In this document: piece by piece, positions 26,057 through 35,927 of the stretch | Position numbering within the stretch: position 1 is the stretch's first letter | Layout of the letters: the number at the start of each line of letters is the position of its first letter | Assembly (NCBI GenBank): GCA_014799915.1 | Contig: JAAVHD010000015.1 | Span: 14,367 to 70,495, forward strand | Source: Oscillibacter sp. | Lineage (GTDB): Bacteria > Bacillota > Clostridia > Oscillospirales > Oscillospiraceae | Reading direction: 5' to 3' | Length of the DNA stretch: 56,129 nt | Program-made: the position numbers and the translations under genes | The notes under the pieces: model-generated | The model's input: the letters and a program-made list of their open reading frames with translations, nothing else | The model's database searches: none | Told to the model about the DNA's origin: nothing

Positions 26057-26908
26057 ATGAACGAAAACACAAGCAGTATCTACAAACATTCCATGAAGCT
26101 GGAACGCCGTACGGCATCGCTCTATGTCCAGAATACGGGCTGTCAACAATGTGCTCCCGGCTGCGGCTGGGGACCGGGGGTGCGTGACCATTTTCTGCTG
26201 CATTATGTCGTCAGAGGAAAGGGTGTGTACGAGTGCCGGGACAGGCGCTATGAGCTGAAGGTTGGCGACGTCTTCCTGGTCTATCCGGGCGCCAGCATCC
26301 GCTACGCCGCCGATGAGCTGGACCCATGGGAGTACGTGTGGGTGGGCTTTCGCGGCCTGGACGCGGAGAAGTGCATGGAGCAGACGGACTTCACACCGGA
26401 GAAGCCCGTCATGCAGGGCGGCGAGGAGCTGCACAGTCTGATGGAGGCGGTCTACAACAGCTATGGGACCTCTGCCTGGGAGGGACTGGAGATGACGGCG
26501 CGGCTGTACAGCCTGCTGGCCTATCTGGTGCGGACTTCCCAGCGCCGGGGGCAGGAGGGAGGCGGCGCCCCGGATTGCGCTCAGATGGCGGCGGAGTACA
26601 TCGTCAACCACTATGAGGAGCCCATCACCGTGGAGGGTCTGGCGGCCTATGCCTCTGTCAGTCATTCAAGCCTCTACCGCCGCTTTGTCAAGCGCTTCCA
26701 GATCTCGCCCAAGCGCTTCCTGCTGGAGTACCGCATCGAGAAGGCCTGCGCCCTGCTGACAGACAGCGGGTGCTCCATCCAGGAGATTTCCAACTCCGTG
26801 GGCTTCGAGGACCCGTTCTACTTCTCCCGGGCCTTCAAGGACGTCAAAGGCGTCTCACCCCGGCAGTACGCCGCCATGCACCGGGGCAAAGAGGAACCGG
26901 AGAAGTAA
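26057..26908 (+). CDS. AraC-family transcriptional regulator (cupin + HTH)
   Basis: C-terminal AraC HTH (ISPKRFLLEYRIEKACALL....SIQEISNSVGFEDPFYFSRAFK...G.SP..Y). ATG 26057 with a gagaggagggggg RBS is preferred over the listed 25955. Confidence 0.8.
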   Translation: MNENTSSIYKHSMKLERRTASLYVQNTGCQQCAPGCGWGPGVRDHFLLHYVVRGKGVYECRDRRYELKVGDVFLVYPGASIRYAADELDPWEYVWVGFRGLDAEKCMEQTDFTPEKPVMQGGEELHSLMEAVYNSYGTSAWEGLEMTARLYSLLAYLVRTSQRRGQEGGGAPDCAQMAAEYIVNHYEEPITVEGLAAYASVSHSSLYRRFVKRFQISPKRFLLEYRIEKACALLTDSGCSIQEISNSVGFEDPFYFSRAFKDVKGVSPRQYAAMHRGKEEPEK

Positions 26909-26932
26909 GAAACATGTTGATTTGGTGAAGAA

Positions 26933-27382
26933 ATGATTGTCAGGGAATACCGGCCCTCCGACTGCCGGGAGATGGCGGAGCTGTTTTATCAGACCGTCCA
27001 TACGGTCAACGTCCGGGACTATACAAAGGAGCAGTTAGACGCCTGGGCGGACGGGAAGACGGATCTGGAAAAATGGGACAGGTCCTTCCGGGAGCACTAC
27101 AGTCTCGTCGCGGCAGAGCAGGGCGTGATCGTAGGTTTTGGCGACATTGACAGGACCGGATATCTCGACCGGCTGTACGTCCATAAGGATCATCAGGGCC
27201 AGGGGATCGCCACGGCGATCTGCGACCGGTTAGAGCAGGCCGTCCCGGGGAGCATCGTGACCCATGCTTCCATCACGGCAAGACCCTTCTTTGAGAAGCG
27301 GGGGTATCAGGTCATCAAAGAACAGCAGGTGGAGCGCCGCGGGATCTCCCTGACGAACTATGTGATGGAGAAAAAGCGGTAA
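26933..27382 (+). CDS. GNAT-family N-acetyltransferase
   Basis: 149 aa. Has the motif A-like LYVHKDHQGQGIATAI and the YitI/putative acetyltransferase pattern. Confidence 0.75.
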   Translation: MIVREYRPSDCREMAELFYQTVHTVNVRDYTKEQLDAWADGKTDLEKWDRSFREHYSLVAAEQGVIVGFGDIDRTGYLDRLYVHKDHQGQGIATAICDRLEQAVPGSIVTHASITARPFFEKRGYQVIKEQQVERRGISLTNYVMEKKR

Positions 27383-27430
27383 AAGAGCCAAGAGCCATAT
27401 AAGCGGCTGAAGGAATAGAACATTCGCGTC

Positions 27431-27471
27431 AAATAAAAAGTGAGGCCCGGACACCAATGTGTCCGGGCCTC
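27431..27471 (-). terminator. Terminator of the M3 peptidase gene (also a hairpin after the GNAT gene)
   Basis: 13-bp stem gaggcccggacac / gtgtccgggcctc (27442-27471), followed on the minus strand by actttttattt. Confidence 0.65.
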
Positions 27472-27488
27472 GTTGCGTCAGAAAATCG

Positions 27489-29705
27489 TTACGCGGCCAT
27501 CCCGCCCATGAGCTGATCCACCATGCTCATCAGCAGCCGGTAGACAACCGACCACATTTCAGCGCGGAGGATAGGCTGATCAGGACGGAAGGTGCCGTCG
27601 GCATAGCCGGAGATAACACCCAGCTCGGCCAGGGCGGCGACAAAGCCGTCGCTGGTATCAGAGAAGGGAGAAGCGTCGCTGTCCTCCAGCTCCAGCTCCT
27701 GCGCCAGCAGACGGGCAAACTCGGCGCGGGTGATGACGGCGCTGCCGTCCTCGACATCAGGCCGGTTTTCCGTCAGCTGTGCCACGAGTTCAATGGCGTC
27801 GTTCCAGATGGCAGGATTATAGGGGTAGATATATCCGTCCGTGTCGGGCTCAATGGCGCCGGCGGAATACAGCGCGGTCACCGCAGGGGCGAACCACTCG
27901 CTGCCCAGCAGATCAACGGGACCTGCCATCATCTCCTCCAGCTCGGCGAGACGGGTTTCCAGATCCAGTGTTTCCCACAGGGCGTCGGCCAGATCATTCA
28001 CATAAGAAGCGCTGATGGGGGACTCTACGCCCACCTCGGCGAAGCTCTCCTGGAAGCCATAGGTAGCATCCAGAGCGGTGAATTTCAGATAGTTGTCCAC
28101 ACCGGCGAAATAGTCATCCTGGGCCTCCAGCCAGAAGGAGAAAGCTCCGGCGGCGGAGACAGCGTAGCTGATATAGTAGCAGGGGCTGGTGAAGGTATGG
28201 GGCACGTAATACCAGCCATACATCTCTGTGCGCTCGTCATCCGCGTCGATCTGGCCGTACTCCTTGCACAGGCGGCAGTACTCCTGATTGATCTGATCCA
28301 GGGTCACGCCGTCGGTGGCGTAAACGTACTGCTGGAGCTCGTCATAGAGGCAGCCGGTGATCAGGGCGCTGCACAGGTTCAGCAGCAGGTAGTCCTGCAC
28401 CGCCTGGGCATCCTCCTCGGAACCGAAGATGTCCTCATAGAAGTTGGTGAACAGCAGTTCCAGACCCTGGGAATGGACCTCGGCGATATCAATGGACTTG
28501 CTGCTGTCGTTCCAGCCGGAGGGCTGCCAGTAGAAGTTGTTGTAGTGGCCAAACTCATGGACTGCGGTGGAGAAATCATAGAGATCCCCGGAAGGGGAGT
28601 TGAAATAGAAGGGGGCACCATAGCTGTCCAGAAGGGTGGTGAAGCCCGCGTCGCCCTTGGTGTCGCTGAAACCGGAATCATAGAGGCCATGCTCACGCAT
28701 ATAGGTAAAAGCCTCGGTAAGCTCGCTGGAGAGCTGGCCGATATAGGGCTCAATCATATCCAGCGCAATGTCCCCGGTATAGTCCTGCACGTAAACCGGA
28801 TTGTCGTACTCGGTGTAATACAGGGTGAGCAGTGCGTCGTACAGGGGGACGATGTTCTCCTTCACCGCCTGATGGAAGGAGCGGATCTCCTGCTGGGTGT
28901 AGTCACGCTGGTAGACCTCGGCGTAGGCGTAGTCGGCGTAGTTGTCATAGCCGGCATCCGCGGCGATCTCCTTGCGCAGCTCTACCATGCGCAGATAGAT
29001 GTCGCCCAGGGCGGCGTTGGCGTTTTTGGCTATCTGGCGGGAGATAGTGGTATAGGTTTCCTGATCCATCTCACCGGCGGCCAGGGCCAGTTCCAGAGAA
29101 GCGTCGTCCCATTCCTCGCCCTCGTATTCGGCGGTGTAGGTCAGATACGCGGCGGACAGGTACTCGTTCTCAAGCGCAGTCTCCTTGTTGGAGCGTGCAA
29201 GCTCTTCCTCGGTCATAGCCTCGTACTCGGTGTAGTAGGCGATGTCCTCCTCCGTCAGCTGCGCACGCAAAAAGCTGTCGCAAGGGGATTCCAGGATGTC
29301 CTGGATCAAGAGGATCAAAGCGTCCACTACGGTCATGTACAGCTCGTTGGCATACTCCATCTCGGCTGCGGCCTCCTCGTCGGTCACATCCTGATAGGTC
29401 TTGATGTTCACAAGCGTATACATCGTGACGATCTCCAGGAACTGCTCGGCGAACTTGTTGAAGCTCTCCTCAACAGCCTTCTCGTTGGCGCTGTTGGCCA
29501 GGAGCTCCCGGATCTCGTCCATCTCCGCCAGGATCGGCTCACTGTCGATGTGCTTGTACTCCATGTCAGAGTAGTTCACATCGGCGTGGATCTGATCGGT
29601 GAAGAAGTCGGTTTCCCGGACCCCGCCCTCCGCCGCCAGCGCCGCCGGGCACATAGACAGCAGCAGGGAAAAGGCCAGCAGCAGGGTCAAAAGTTTCTTT
29701 CTCAT
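27489..29705 (-). CDS. Secreted M3-family (oligoendopeptidase F-like) zinc metallopeptidase with C-terminal SLH repeats
   Basis: HEFGH zinc motif. Signal peptide MRKKLLTLLLAFSLLLSMCPAALAAEG (ATG 29705; the listed GTG 29732 is possible). C-terminal SLH-like FSDTSDGFVAALAELGVISGYADGTFRPDQPILRAEM. Confidence 0.75.
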   Translation of the reverse strand: MRKKLLTLLLAFSLLLSMCPAALAAEGGVRETDFFTDQIHADVNYSDMEYKHIDSEPILAEMDEIRELLANSANEKAVEESFNKFAEQFLEIVTMYTLVNIKTYQDVTDEEAAAEMEYANELYMTVVDALILLIQDILESPCDSFLRAQLTEEDIAYYTEYEAMTEEELARSNKETALENEYLSAAYLTYTAEYEGEEWDDASLELALAAGEMDQETYTTISRQIAKNANAALGDIYLRMVELRKEIAADAGYDNYADYAYAEVYQRDYTQQEIRSFHQAVKENIVPLYDALLTLYYTEYDNPVYVQDYTGDIALDMIEPYIGQLSSELTEAFTYMREHGLYDSGFSDTKGDAGFTTLLDSYGAPFYFNSPSGDLYDFSTAVHEFGHYNNFYWQPSGWNDSSKSIDIAEVHSQGLELLFTNFYEDIFGSEEDAQAVQDYLLLNLCSALITGCLYDELQQYVYATDGVTLDQINQEYCRLCKEYGQIDADDERTEMYGWYYVPHTFTSPCYYISYAVSAAGAFSFWLEAQDDYFAGVDNYLKFTALDATYGFQESFAEVGVESPISASYVNDLADALWETLDLETRLAELEEMMAGPVDLLGSEWFAPAVTALYSAGAIEPDTDGYIYPYNPAIWNDAIELVAQLTENRPDVEDGSAVITRAEFARLLAQELELEDSDASPFSDTSDGFVAALAELGVISGYADGTFRPDQPILRAEMWSVVYRLLMSMVDQLMGGMAA

Positions 29706-29759
29706 TCTTGCTTTCTCATCCTTTCTTGACACATGGTCAGTGTTGGCAAAGCCGCTTCA

Positions 29760-29788
29760 ATTATACACAGCCACGCGCCGGTTTTCAA
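29760..29788 (-). promoter_or_regulatory. Near-consensus SigA promoter for the M3 peptidase gene
   Basis: Minus strand TTGAAA-17 nt-TATAAT. Confidence 0.55.
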
Positions 29789-29876
29789 GACCCTGCACCT
29801 AATTCAAATGATTTTCCAGAAATATGGATGGAGACAGGCAAAATCTGGTGATCTGTTTCCTGCCCTTGCGGGTACT

Positions 29877-31529
29877 TTAGCCCGCAAGGGGCTGCATGAC
29901 TGCCGGATGCAGATCGTACACCTGGGTAAACTGCCCCTTCCGCTCCGGGGTGAGGTGGTGGCTGACCAGGATCAGTGTCAGCTCGGGATTGGCCAGCAGG
30001 CTCTTTTCCACGATGTCCGCGTTCTTCTGGTCCAGGGCGCTGGTGCCCTCGTCCACCAGGAGGATGGAGCGGTCATGGATCAGGGCGCGGGCGATGGCTA
30101 CCCGCTGCTTCTGCCCGCCGGAGAGGCTGCCGCCCTCCTCGCCCACGACGGTGTCCAGACCGTCCGGCATGGAGGCCAGGTCGCCCGCCAGGGCGCTGTC
30201 CCGCAGGGCTTTTTCCATCTGCCCGTCGGTGAAGGTCTCGCCCAGGGTGATGTTGTCCCGGATGGTGGAGTTGAACAGGAACACGTTCTGCTCGATGTAG
30301 CTCATCTGCTGCTGGAGCTGTTCCGGGGTGAAGTCTTTCGCGTCCTTGCCGTCGAAGCGGATAGCCCCGCCGTAGTCCGGCAGCCAGCCCAGCAGCAGCT
30401 TCAGCAGCGTGGACTTCCCGCAGCCGGAGGGGCCGGTGATGGCATACTTGCCGCCCTTTTTGAACTGGAGGGACAGGTCTTGCAGGATGGGTTTTTCGCC
30501 GTATTGGAAGCTGAGGTTTTCTACGGTGATAGCGCTGTGCACCTGTTCCAGCCCGGTGACTGTTTCGGCCTGGACATCGTCGGCGTGGACAGTGATGTTT
30601 TTGAAATAAGGCTTGGCGGACGCCAAAGACATACGGTGGTTGGCGATAGTTCGCAGACCGTTGGTAATTCCGGCGGTTAAGTTGCTGGCGCTCGCCATGG
30701 CACCCAGAATAATCTTCCCTTGGAATGCCAACATCACCGTCACTACCTGCTGAAAGATTTGCAAGGAAACGCTGAAAAATCCGGTCAGACAGGAGATGCT
30801 GGACTGTGTGCAGCTTCGGCGGCAGTTGGGGGTCTCCATCTGGTCACTCACAGAATCGCCTTGGCTTAAAAACCGGTCGGTACGGCCGAAGGAACGCAGC
30901 ACATCAAAGCCGGACAGCAGATCCTTCAGCTTGCTGATACCCTCGGCCTCAGCGGCGGCGCAGGCCTCTCCCAAATGCTCCATACGCTTTTGAAACAACT
31001 TTGGAACAATCAGCATGACCGCGGCAGAAACCAATCCCGCCGTCAGCATGATCCAGTGCAGGGAAATCAGGGCAAGGATGCACCAAACGATCAACCCAAT
31101 CTGCTGGACGCAACTAAGGAAGGGTGCCCAAGCCAAATGTTCAATTTGTTTGACGTTGGTAGTCAGCCAGGAAATGTACTCGCCGGTGTCCTGGCTATGA
31201 TAGGATGCATGGGTTTTGTCCAGCAGGGACAGATACAGATCGTGACGGACTTCGTTGTTCATGGCCCGGACAGCGCGAGCCTCCATGACACCCTGCAGCG
31301 CTGCCAGGGCAAGGTAGAGGCCATAGCCGCCTACCTCCGCCGCTGTCCAGAGCAGGAAATCCTGGAAATTCAGCTTGATTGCCGCATCAAAGGAGCGCAT
31401 CATGATGAGTTGCAATATGACGTAGATGCCCTCGCAGGTCAGCCCCAAAGAGCAGGCAAGTGCGAGTTTCCTCCAATTTCTCCTTAAATAGTACTTCATG
31501 TCAGTTCTCCTTCTCTTTCCACTTTTCAC
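29877..31529 (-). CDS. ABC exporter, fused permease-ATPase half transporter
   Basis: 550 aa with an N-terminal 6-TM domain. Walker A GPSGCGKST, signature LSGGQKQR, Walker B ILLVDEGTSALD. Confidence 0.85.
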   Translation of the reverse strand: MKSGKRRRTDMKYYLRRNWRKLALACSLGLTCEGIYVILQLIMMRSFDAAIKLNFQDFLLWTAAEVGGYGLYLALAALQGVMEARAVRAMNNEVRHDLYLSLLDKTHASYHSQDTGEYISWLTTNVKQIEHLAWAPFLSCVQQIGLIVWCILALISLHWIMLTAGLVSAAVMLIVPKLFQKRMEHLGEACAAAEAEGISKLKDLLSGFDVLRSFGRTDRFLSQGDSVSDQMETPNCRRSCTQSSISCLTGFFSVSLQIFQQVVTVMLAFQGKIILGAMASASNLTAGITNGLRTIANHRMSLASAKPYFKNITVHADDVQAETVTGLEQVHSAITVENLSFQYGEKPILQDLSLQFKKGGKYAITGPSGCGKSTLLKLLLGWLPDYGGAIRFDGKDAKDFTPEQLQQQMSYIEQNVFLFNSTIRDNITLGETFTDGQMEKALRDSALAGDLASMPDGLDTVVGEEGGSLSGGQKQRVAIARALIHDRSILLVDEGTSALDQKNADIVEKSLLANPELTLILVSHHLTPERKGQFTQVYDLHPAVMQPLAG

Positions 31530-32397
31530 CCCGCAGCATAGAGGCTTTTCGGTAGGGCGCGTTCAGAAATCCGCTTCCGCCTGTGGTCAGCCAGCGGGCA
31601 AAATAGAGGAAGGGCACCAGCGCCTCGTCACAGTCCAGCAGGTAGGAGTTGATGAGACCGTCCTCGGTTTCCAGCTCCGCCCTGCTCAAAAGGTTCAGTT
31701 CTGTCAGATCGTCCATCAGGGCCTTGACTTCCGCTGCGTCCAATCCCATAGGCTTGGCAATTGCTCCCGGCGTATAGCGGCGCGTGGCGGGCGGTTTGCT
31801 GTGCAGATACTCCAGCAGCTCCAGACAGTGGGGCTTCGACAGGACCTCAAAAAGGCGGCGGTAGAGACCGTTTTCTTCCATGAAGGGTTCCCAGCCTGTC
31901 TCCGGCTCCGGGAAAATGGCGGCGAAAGACATATCGTTGGCCCGGATGCCCAAAATCGTCCCGTCCTCCCTGGCGATCCGTGTCCGCCGCAGCCAGCGGG
32001 TAGGCTCCCCATCCTCTAACGTCTCGCTTTCGCAGCAGTTTTCATATCCGCTGATATCAATTACATCCTCCGGCTTGCCGCTGATAACCGCCCCTGCCGC
32101 CGACCATACCAGACGGCACAGCCGGTCTACCCGCCGGTTCTGGGGGACGGTAAGCATCCACCGGTACACCGTATCCTCTATATTGATCTGCTCCCCGCCT
32201 TCCAGGCCAAAAAGAGCGTCGATGGTAACCCCCAGCTGCCTGGACAGGACAGGCAGCAGCTCCACATCCGGCGCGCCGCCTTTCTCCCACTTGCCCACCG
32301 CCTGGGAGGATACCCCTACCATCTTACCCAACTGTTCCTGGGTAAGGCCCCGCTCTTTCCGCAGCGCGGCAATGCGTTCGCTTAACATACCCGGCAT
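31501..32397 (-). CDS. XRE-family HTH transcriptional regulator with a long C-terminal domain
   Basis: N-terminal HTH_3 (RIAALRKERGLTQEQLGKMVGVSSQAVGKWEKG). 298 aa. The 3-prime end overlaps the ABC gene start by 29 nt. Confidence 0.75.
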   Translation of the reverse strand: MPGMLSERIAALRKERGLTQEQLGKMVGVSSQAVGKWEKGGAPDVELLPVLSRQLGVTIDALFGLEGGEQINIEDTVYRWMLTVPQNRRVDRLCRLVWSAAGAVISGKPEDVIDISGYENCCESETLEDGEPTRWLRRTRIAREDGTILGIRANDMSFAAIFPEPETGWEPFMEENGLYRRLFEVLSKPHCLELLEYLHSKPPATRRYTPGAIAKPMGLDAAEVKALMDDLTELNLLSRAELETEDGLINSYLLDCDEALVPFLYFARWLTTGGSGFLNAPYRKASMLRGEKWKEKEN

Positions 32398-32427
32398 AAA
32401 AGCACCGTCCTTTCACTTGCTGGTTGT

Positions 32428-32456
32428 ATGATAGCAAAAACCTTGGTTGGGTTCAA
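32428..32456 (-). promoter_or_regulatory. SigA-type promoter for the XRE-ABC unit
   Basis: Minus strand TTGAAC-17 nt-TATCAT, about 30 nt upstream of the XRE start. Confidence 0.45.
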
Positions 32457-32550
32457 TAGAGGTATTTTTTCAAAAATCCAACTGTAGGTTTCAAAAGCAA
32501 ACCCGGACAGAGGCGGTTCCTCCATATGTCAAAAATCAGGAGGAAAGCGA

Positions 32551-32579
32551 ATGACAAATGACGCTTCATCTGGTATACT
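32551..32579 (+). promoter_or_regulatory. SigA-type promoter for addBA
   Basis: ATGACA-17 nt-TATACT with a TGg extension, about 30 nt upstream of addB. Confidence 0.4.
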
Positions 32580-32609
32580 GAAGAAAATACTGAAACAGGA
32601 GGAATGACC

Positions 32610-35600
32610 ATGCTGCGGATCTGGATAGGCCGGGCCAATACGGGAAAATCCAAACGGGTGCTGGAGGAGATCAAGGAGAAACGCGCCCCGGTGCTGCTGC
32701 TGGTGCCGGAGCACGCCTCCCACGGCTCCGAGATGGACCTGTGCCAGGAGTGCGGGCCCACGGCCTCCCGGTACGCGGAGGTGCTGAGCCTGCGGCAGCT
32801 GGCCACCCGGGTGCTGGAGCGCACCGGGGCGCTGGCGGACGGGGCCCTGGACGCCGGCGGAAAACTGCTGCTGATGCAGCTGGCGCTGCGGGAGGCGTCG
32901 CCGCAGCTGACGGTGTACGCCCGGCCCTCCCGGAGGGCCCCCTTTTTGCAGGAGCTGGTGACGCTGTGCGACGAGCTGATCGCCTGCCAGGTGAGGCCGG
33001 AGGACTTGGGTGAGGCCGCCCCGCTGCTGGAGGGCATGAGCGGGGAGAAGGCCCGGGATATCGCCCTGATCTATGCCGCCTACCTTGCCCACCTCAACCA
33101 GGACGGCACGGACCGTCGGGACCGGATGGAGAAGCTGCTGGAGCGCCTGGAGGAATCCAAATACGCCGTGGGGAAGGACATATATCTGGACGGCTTCACC
33201 TACTTCACCGCCCAGGAGATGCAGCTGCTGGAAATTTTGCTGCGGACGGCGAAGTCGGTGACGGTGACCCTGCTGGGCGACGGCAGCGAGCTGGAGGTGT
33301 TCCAGCAGAGCGTCCGGGCTCGGAGCCGCCTGGAGCGGCTGGCCGCCGCGTGCGGCGTGCCCTGCCGGACGGAGATCCTGCCCGCCGGGCCGCCGGAGAA
33401 TGCCCTGGAGCACCTGGCGGAGCGCTTTTTCGGCCCCATGGAGCCCTGGGAAGGGGACTGCGCCGGTGTGGAGCTGGTGAAGGCGGAGAGCATGTTCACG
33501 GAGACGGAGTACGTGGCCGCAAAGATCATGGAGCTGGTGCGGACGGGGGGTTACCGCTTTCGGGAGATCGCCGTGGCGGCCCGGAACCTAGACGAGTATG
33601 CCGCCACCATCGAAAACGTCTTTGAGCGCTTCGGCATCCCCGTCTACCTCAGCCGCCGCAGCGACGTATTGGAAAAACCGGTGCTGAGTCTGCTGGCGGG
33701 GGCCCTGGACGCGGTGACGGGAGGCTATGAGTACGAGGATATGTTCCGCTGGCTGAAAACCGGGCTGGCGGGGATCACCGATGCGGAGTGCGATAAGCTG
33801 GAGAATTACGTCATCACCTGGGACGTCCACGGTTCCATGTGGGTCCGGGAGGAGGACTGGACCGCCAACCCCGACGGCTGGCGGGAGGATTTTACCCCCG
33901 CCCAGGCGGAGGCGCTGGCGGAGATCAATGACATCCGCCGCCGGGTGGGCGGCCCCCTGGGCCGTCTGGCGCAGGGATTGAAGGATCACGAGGGCGCGTC
34001 GGACAAGCTGCGCGTGCTGTGGGGCTTCCTGGAGGAGCTGGGCCTGGCCCGGCAGCTGGAGGAGCGCACCGCCCGGCTGGAGGAACTGGGCGAGCTCCAG
34101 CGGGCCCGGGAGTATGCCCAGCTGTGGGAGCTGCTGTGCGATGTGATGGACCAGTTCGCCGGTATGCTGGAGGATATGCCCCTGGACGGGGAGGAGTTCG
34201 CCCGGCTTTTGAAGCTGGTGCTGACTCAGTACGACGTGGGCACCATTCCCGTATCCCTGGACCAGGTCCAGGCCAGCCAGATCACCCGCAACGACCGCCA
34301 CCGGATCAAGGTGCTGTTCCTCATGGGGGCCAATGACCACGTCCTGCCCGCCGTCCAGACCAGTACCGGCCTTTTCACCCGGGAGGACCGGGAGCAGCTG
34401 CTGGAAAACGGCATCGAGCTGGCCCCCAGCGGGATGGACGTGTTCCACATCGAGCTGCAAAACCTCTACGCCGCCCTGGCCCAGCCCACGGACCGGCTCT
34501 TCGTCTCCTGGCCCGCGTCGGATCTGGCGGGTTCGCCCCTGCGGCCCTCCTTCGTTGTGGGACGGGCCAGGACGCTGCTACCAGGGGTGAAGGAGACGGA
34601 TGACGGCGGCGTTTCCTTCCGCCGCCTCACGTCGCCCCTGCCCGCCCTGGAGCTGGCGGGAGGGGAGCAGGGCGGAGCCCTGTGGAGCTATTTTGCGGAA
34701 AATGAGCGGCACAGCGCCGCCCTTTCCGCCATGGAGCGGGCCGCCGGGATGAACCGGGGACGATTGTCCCCCTCGGCGGTGGAGACCCTGTACGGCTCCA
34801 GCTGCCGCATGTCCGCCAGCCGGATCGACAAGATCAACTCCTGTCACTTCGCCTACTTCATGCAGTACGGCCTCCGGGCAAAAGAGCGGACTCCTGCGGG
34901 CTTTGACGCATCCCAGGTGGGGACCTTCCTCCACTTCGTCCTGGAGAAAGTCACCCACGCCGTCATGGACCGGGGCGGCTTTGCCCAGGTGGACGAACAG
35001 GAGCTACGCCGCCTCACGGACCAGGCGGTGCAGATGTATATGGACGAGGCCCTGCCCGGCTTTGACAAGCGGGAGGAGCGGTTCAAATACTTATTCCGCC
35101 GTCTGCGGAAGACGGTGCATACCATCGTATCCAACGTGGCCGACGAGCTGGCCCACTCCGACTTTGTGCCTGTGGCCTTCGAGCTGGGGTTCGGCGAGGG
35201 GGAGGAGATGCCCCCCGTCTCCATCCGGATAGAGGACGCTTCCCTCACCGTGGCGGGCCGTGTGGACCGGGTGGACGGCTGGCTGCGGGACGGCAGGCTG
35301 TACCTGCGGGTGGTAGACTACAAATCCGGCAAAAAGGCTTTTGACCTCAGCGACGTCCGCCACGGCCTGAACATCCAGATGCTGCTCTACCTCTTTGCTC
35401 TGAGGCGGGAGGGAAAGAAGGTGTTTGGCCGGGAGATCGTCCCGGCGGGGGTGCTGTACCTGCCCGCCCGGGATGTGCTGGTCAGCAAGCCCCGGAGCAT
35501 CCGCGAGGAGGATATCCGCGCCGCGCTGGATAAGGAGCTGCGCCGCAGCGGGTTGGTCCTCTCCCAGCCGGAGGTGCTCCAGGCCATGGAGCACAGCGCT

Positions 35601-35927
35601 CTGGAGGAGCCCCGGTTCCTGCCCCTGTCCGTGGGGCGCGGCGGGATCTCCGGCGGATTGGCCAGCGCCGAGGAGTTGGGAAAGCTGGAGCGGTACGTGG
35701 ACCATCTGCTGGAAAAGATCGCCCGGGAGCTTCAGGGCGGCGTCATCGACGCCGATCCTTGCTATACCAGCGAGAGCGACAATGCGTGTACCTACTGTGA
35801 ATTTGCCTCCGCCTGCAATTTCACCGATGGGGAGGGCGGCGACCACCGCCAGCCCCTGCGCCCGGTGAAGCCGGAGGAATTCTGGGGACAGATCAATGTG
35901 ATCGTAGGAGAGGAGGCGGCAAAATGA
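32610..35927 (+). CDS. addB: ATP-dependent helicase/deoxyribonuclease subunit B
   Basis: N-terminal GRANTGKS P-loop and 1100-aa size. C-terminal RecB-type nuclease with Fe-S cysteines (C...CTYCEFASAC). The second ATG (32610) has better spacing to aggagg than 32604. Confidence 0.9.
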   Translation: MLRIWIGRANTGKSKRVLEEIKEKRAPVLLLVPEHASHGSEMDLCQECGPTASRYAEVLSLRQLATRVLERTGALADGALDAGGKLLLMQLALREASPQLTVYARPSRRAPFLQELVTLCDELIACQVRPEDLGEAAPLLEGMSGEKARDIALIYAAYLAHLNQDGTDRRDRMEKLLERLEESKYAVGKDIYLDGFTYFTAQEMQLLEILLRTAKSVTVTLLGDGSELEVFQQSVRARSRLERLAAACGVPCRTEILPAGPPENALEHLAERFFGPMEPWEGDCAGVELVKAESMFTETEYVAAKIMELVRTGGYRFREIAVAARNLDEYAATIENVFERFGIPVYLSRRSDVLEKPVLSLLAGALDAVTGGYEYEDMFRWLKTGLAGITDAECDKLENYVITWDVHGSMWVREEDWTANPDGWREDFTPAQAEALAEINDIRRRVGGPLGRLAQGLKDHEGASDKLRVLWGFLEELGLARQLEERTARLEELGELQRAREYAQLWELLCDVMDQFAGMLEDMPLDGEEFARLLKLVLTQYDVGTIPVSLDQVQASQITRNDRHRIKVLFLMGANDHVLPAVQTSTGLFTREDREQLLENGIELAPSGMDVFHIELQNLYAALAQPTDRLFVSWPASDLAGSPLRPSFVVGRARTLLPGVKETDDGGVSFRRLTSPLPALELAGGEQGGALWSYFAENERHSAALSAMERAAGMNRGRLSPSAVETLYGSSCRMSASRIDKINSCHFAYFMQYGLRAKERTPAGFDASQVGTFLHFVLEKVTHAVMDRGGFAQVDEQELRRLTDQAVQMYMDEALPGFDKREERFKYLFRRLRKTVHTIVSNVADELAHSDFVPVAFELGFGEGEEMPPVSIRIEDASLTVAGRVDRVDGWLRDGRLYLRVVDYKSGKKAFDLSDVRHGLNIQMLLYLFALRREGKKVFGREIVPAGVLYLPARDVLVSKPRSIREEDIRAALDKELRRSGLVLSQPEVLQAMEHSALEEPRFLPLSVGRGGISGGLASAEELGKLERYVDHLLEKIARELQGGVIDADPCYTSESDNACTYCEFASACNFTDGEGGDHRQPLRPVKPEEFWGQINVIVGEEAAK

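Noticed and set aside
27459-29729. 756-aa + strand ORF opposite the M3 peptidase gene
   Set aside because: It is antisense to a gene with a clear HEFGH motif, signal peptide and SLH repeats. The composition is typical of a GC-bias shadow ORF.
32551-32607. 18-codon uORF (MTNDASSGILKKILKQEE) with an aggagg RBS overlapping the addB start
   Set aside because: The best addBA promoter candidate lies inside it, so it would not be on the transcript. There is no supporting evidence and it is probably fortuitous.
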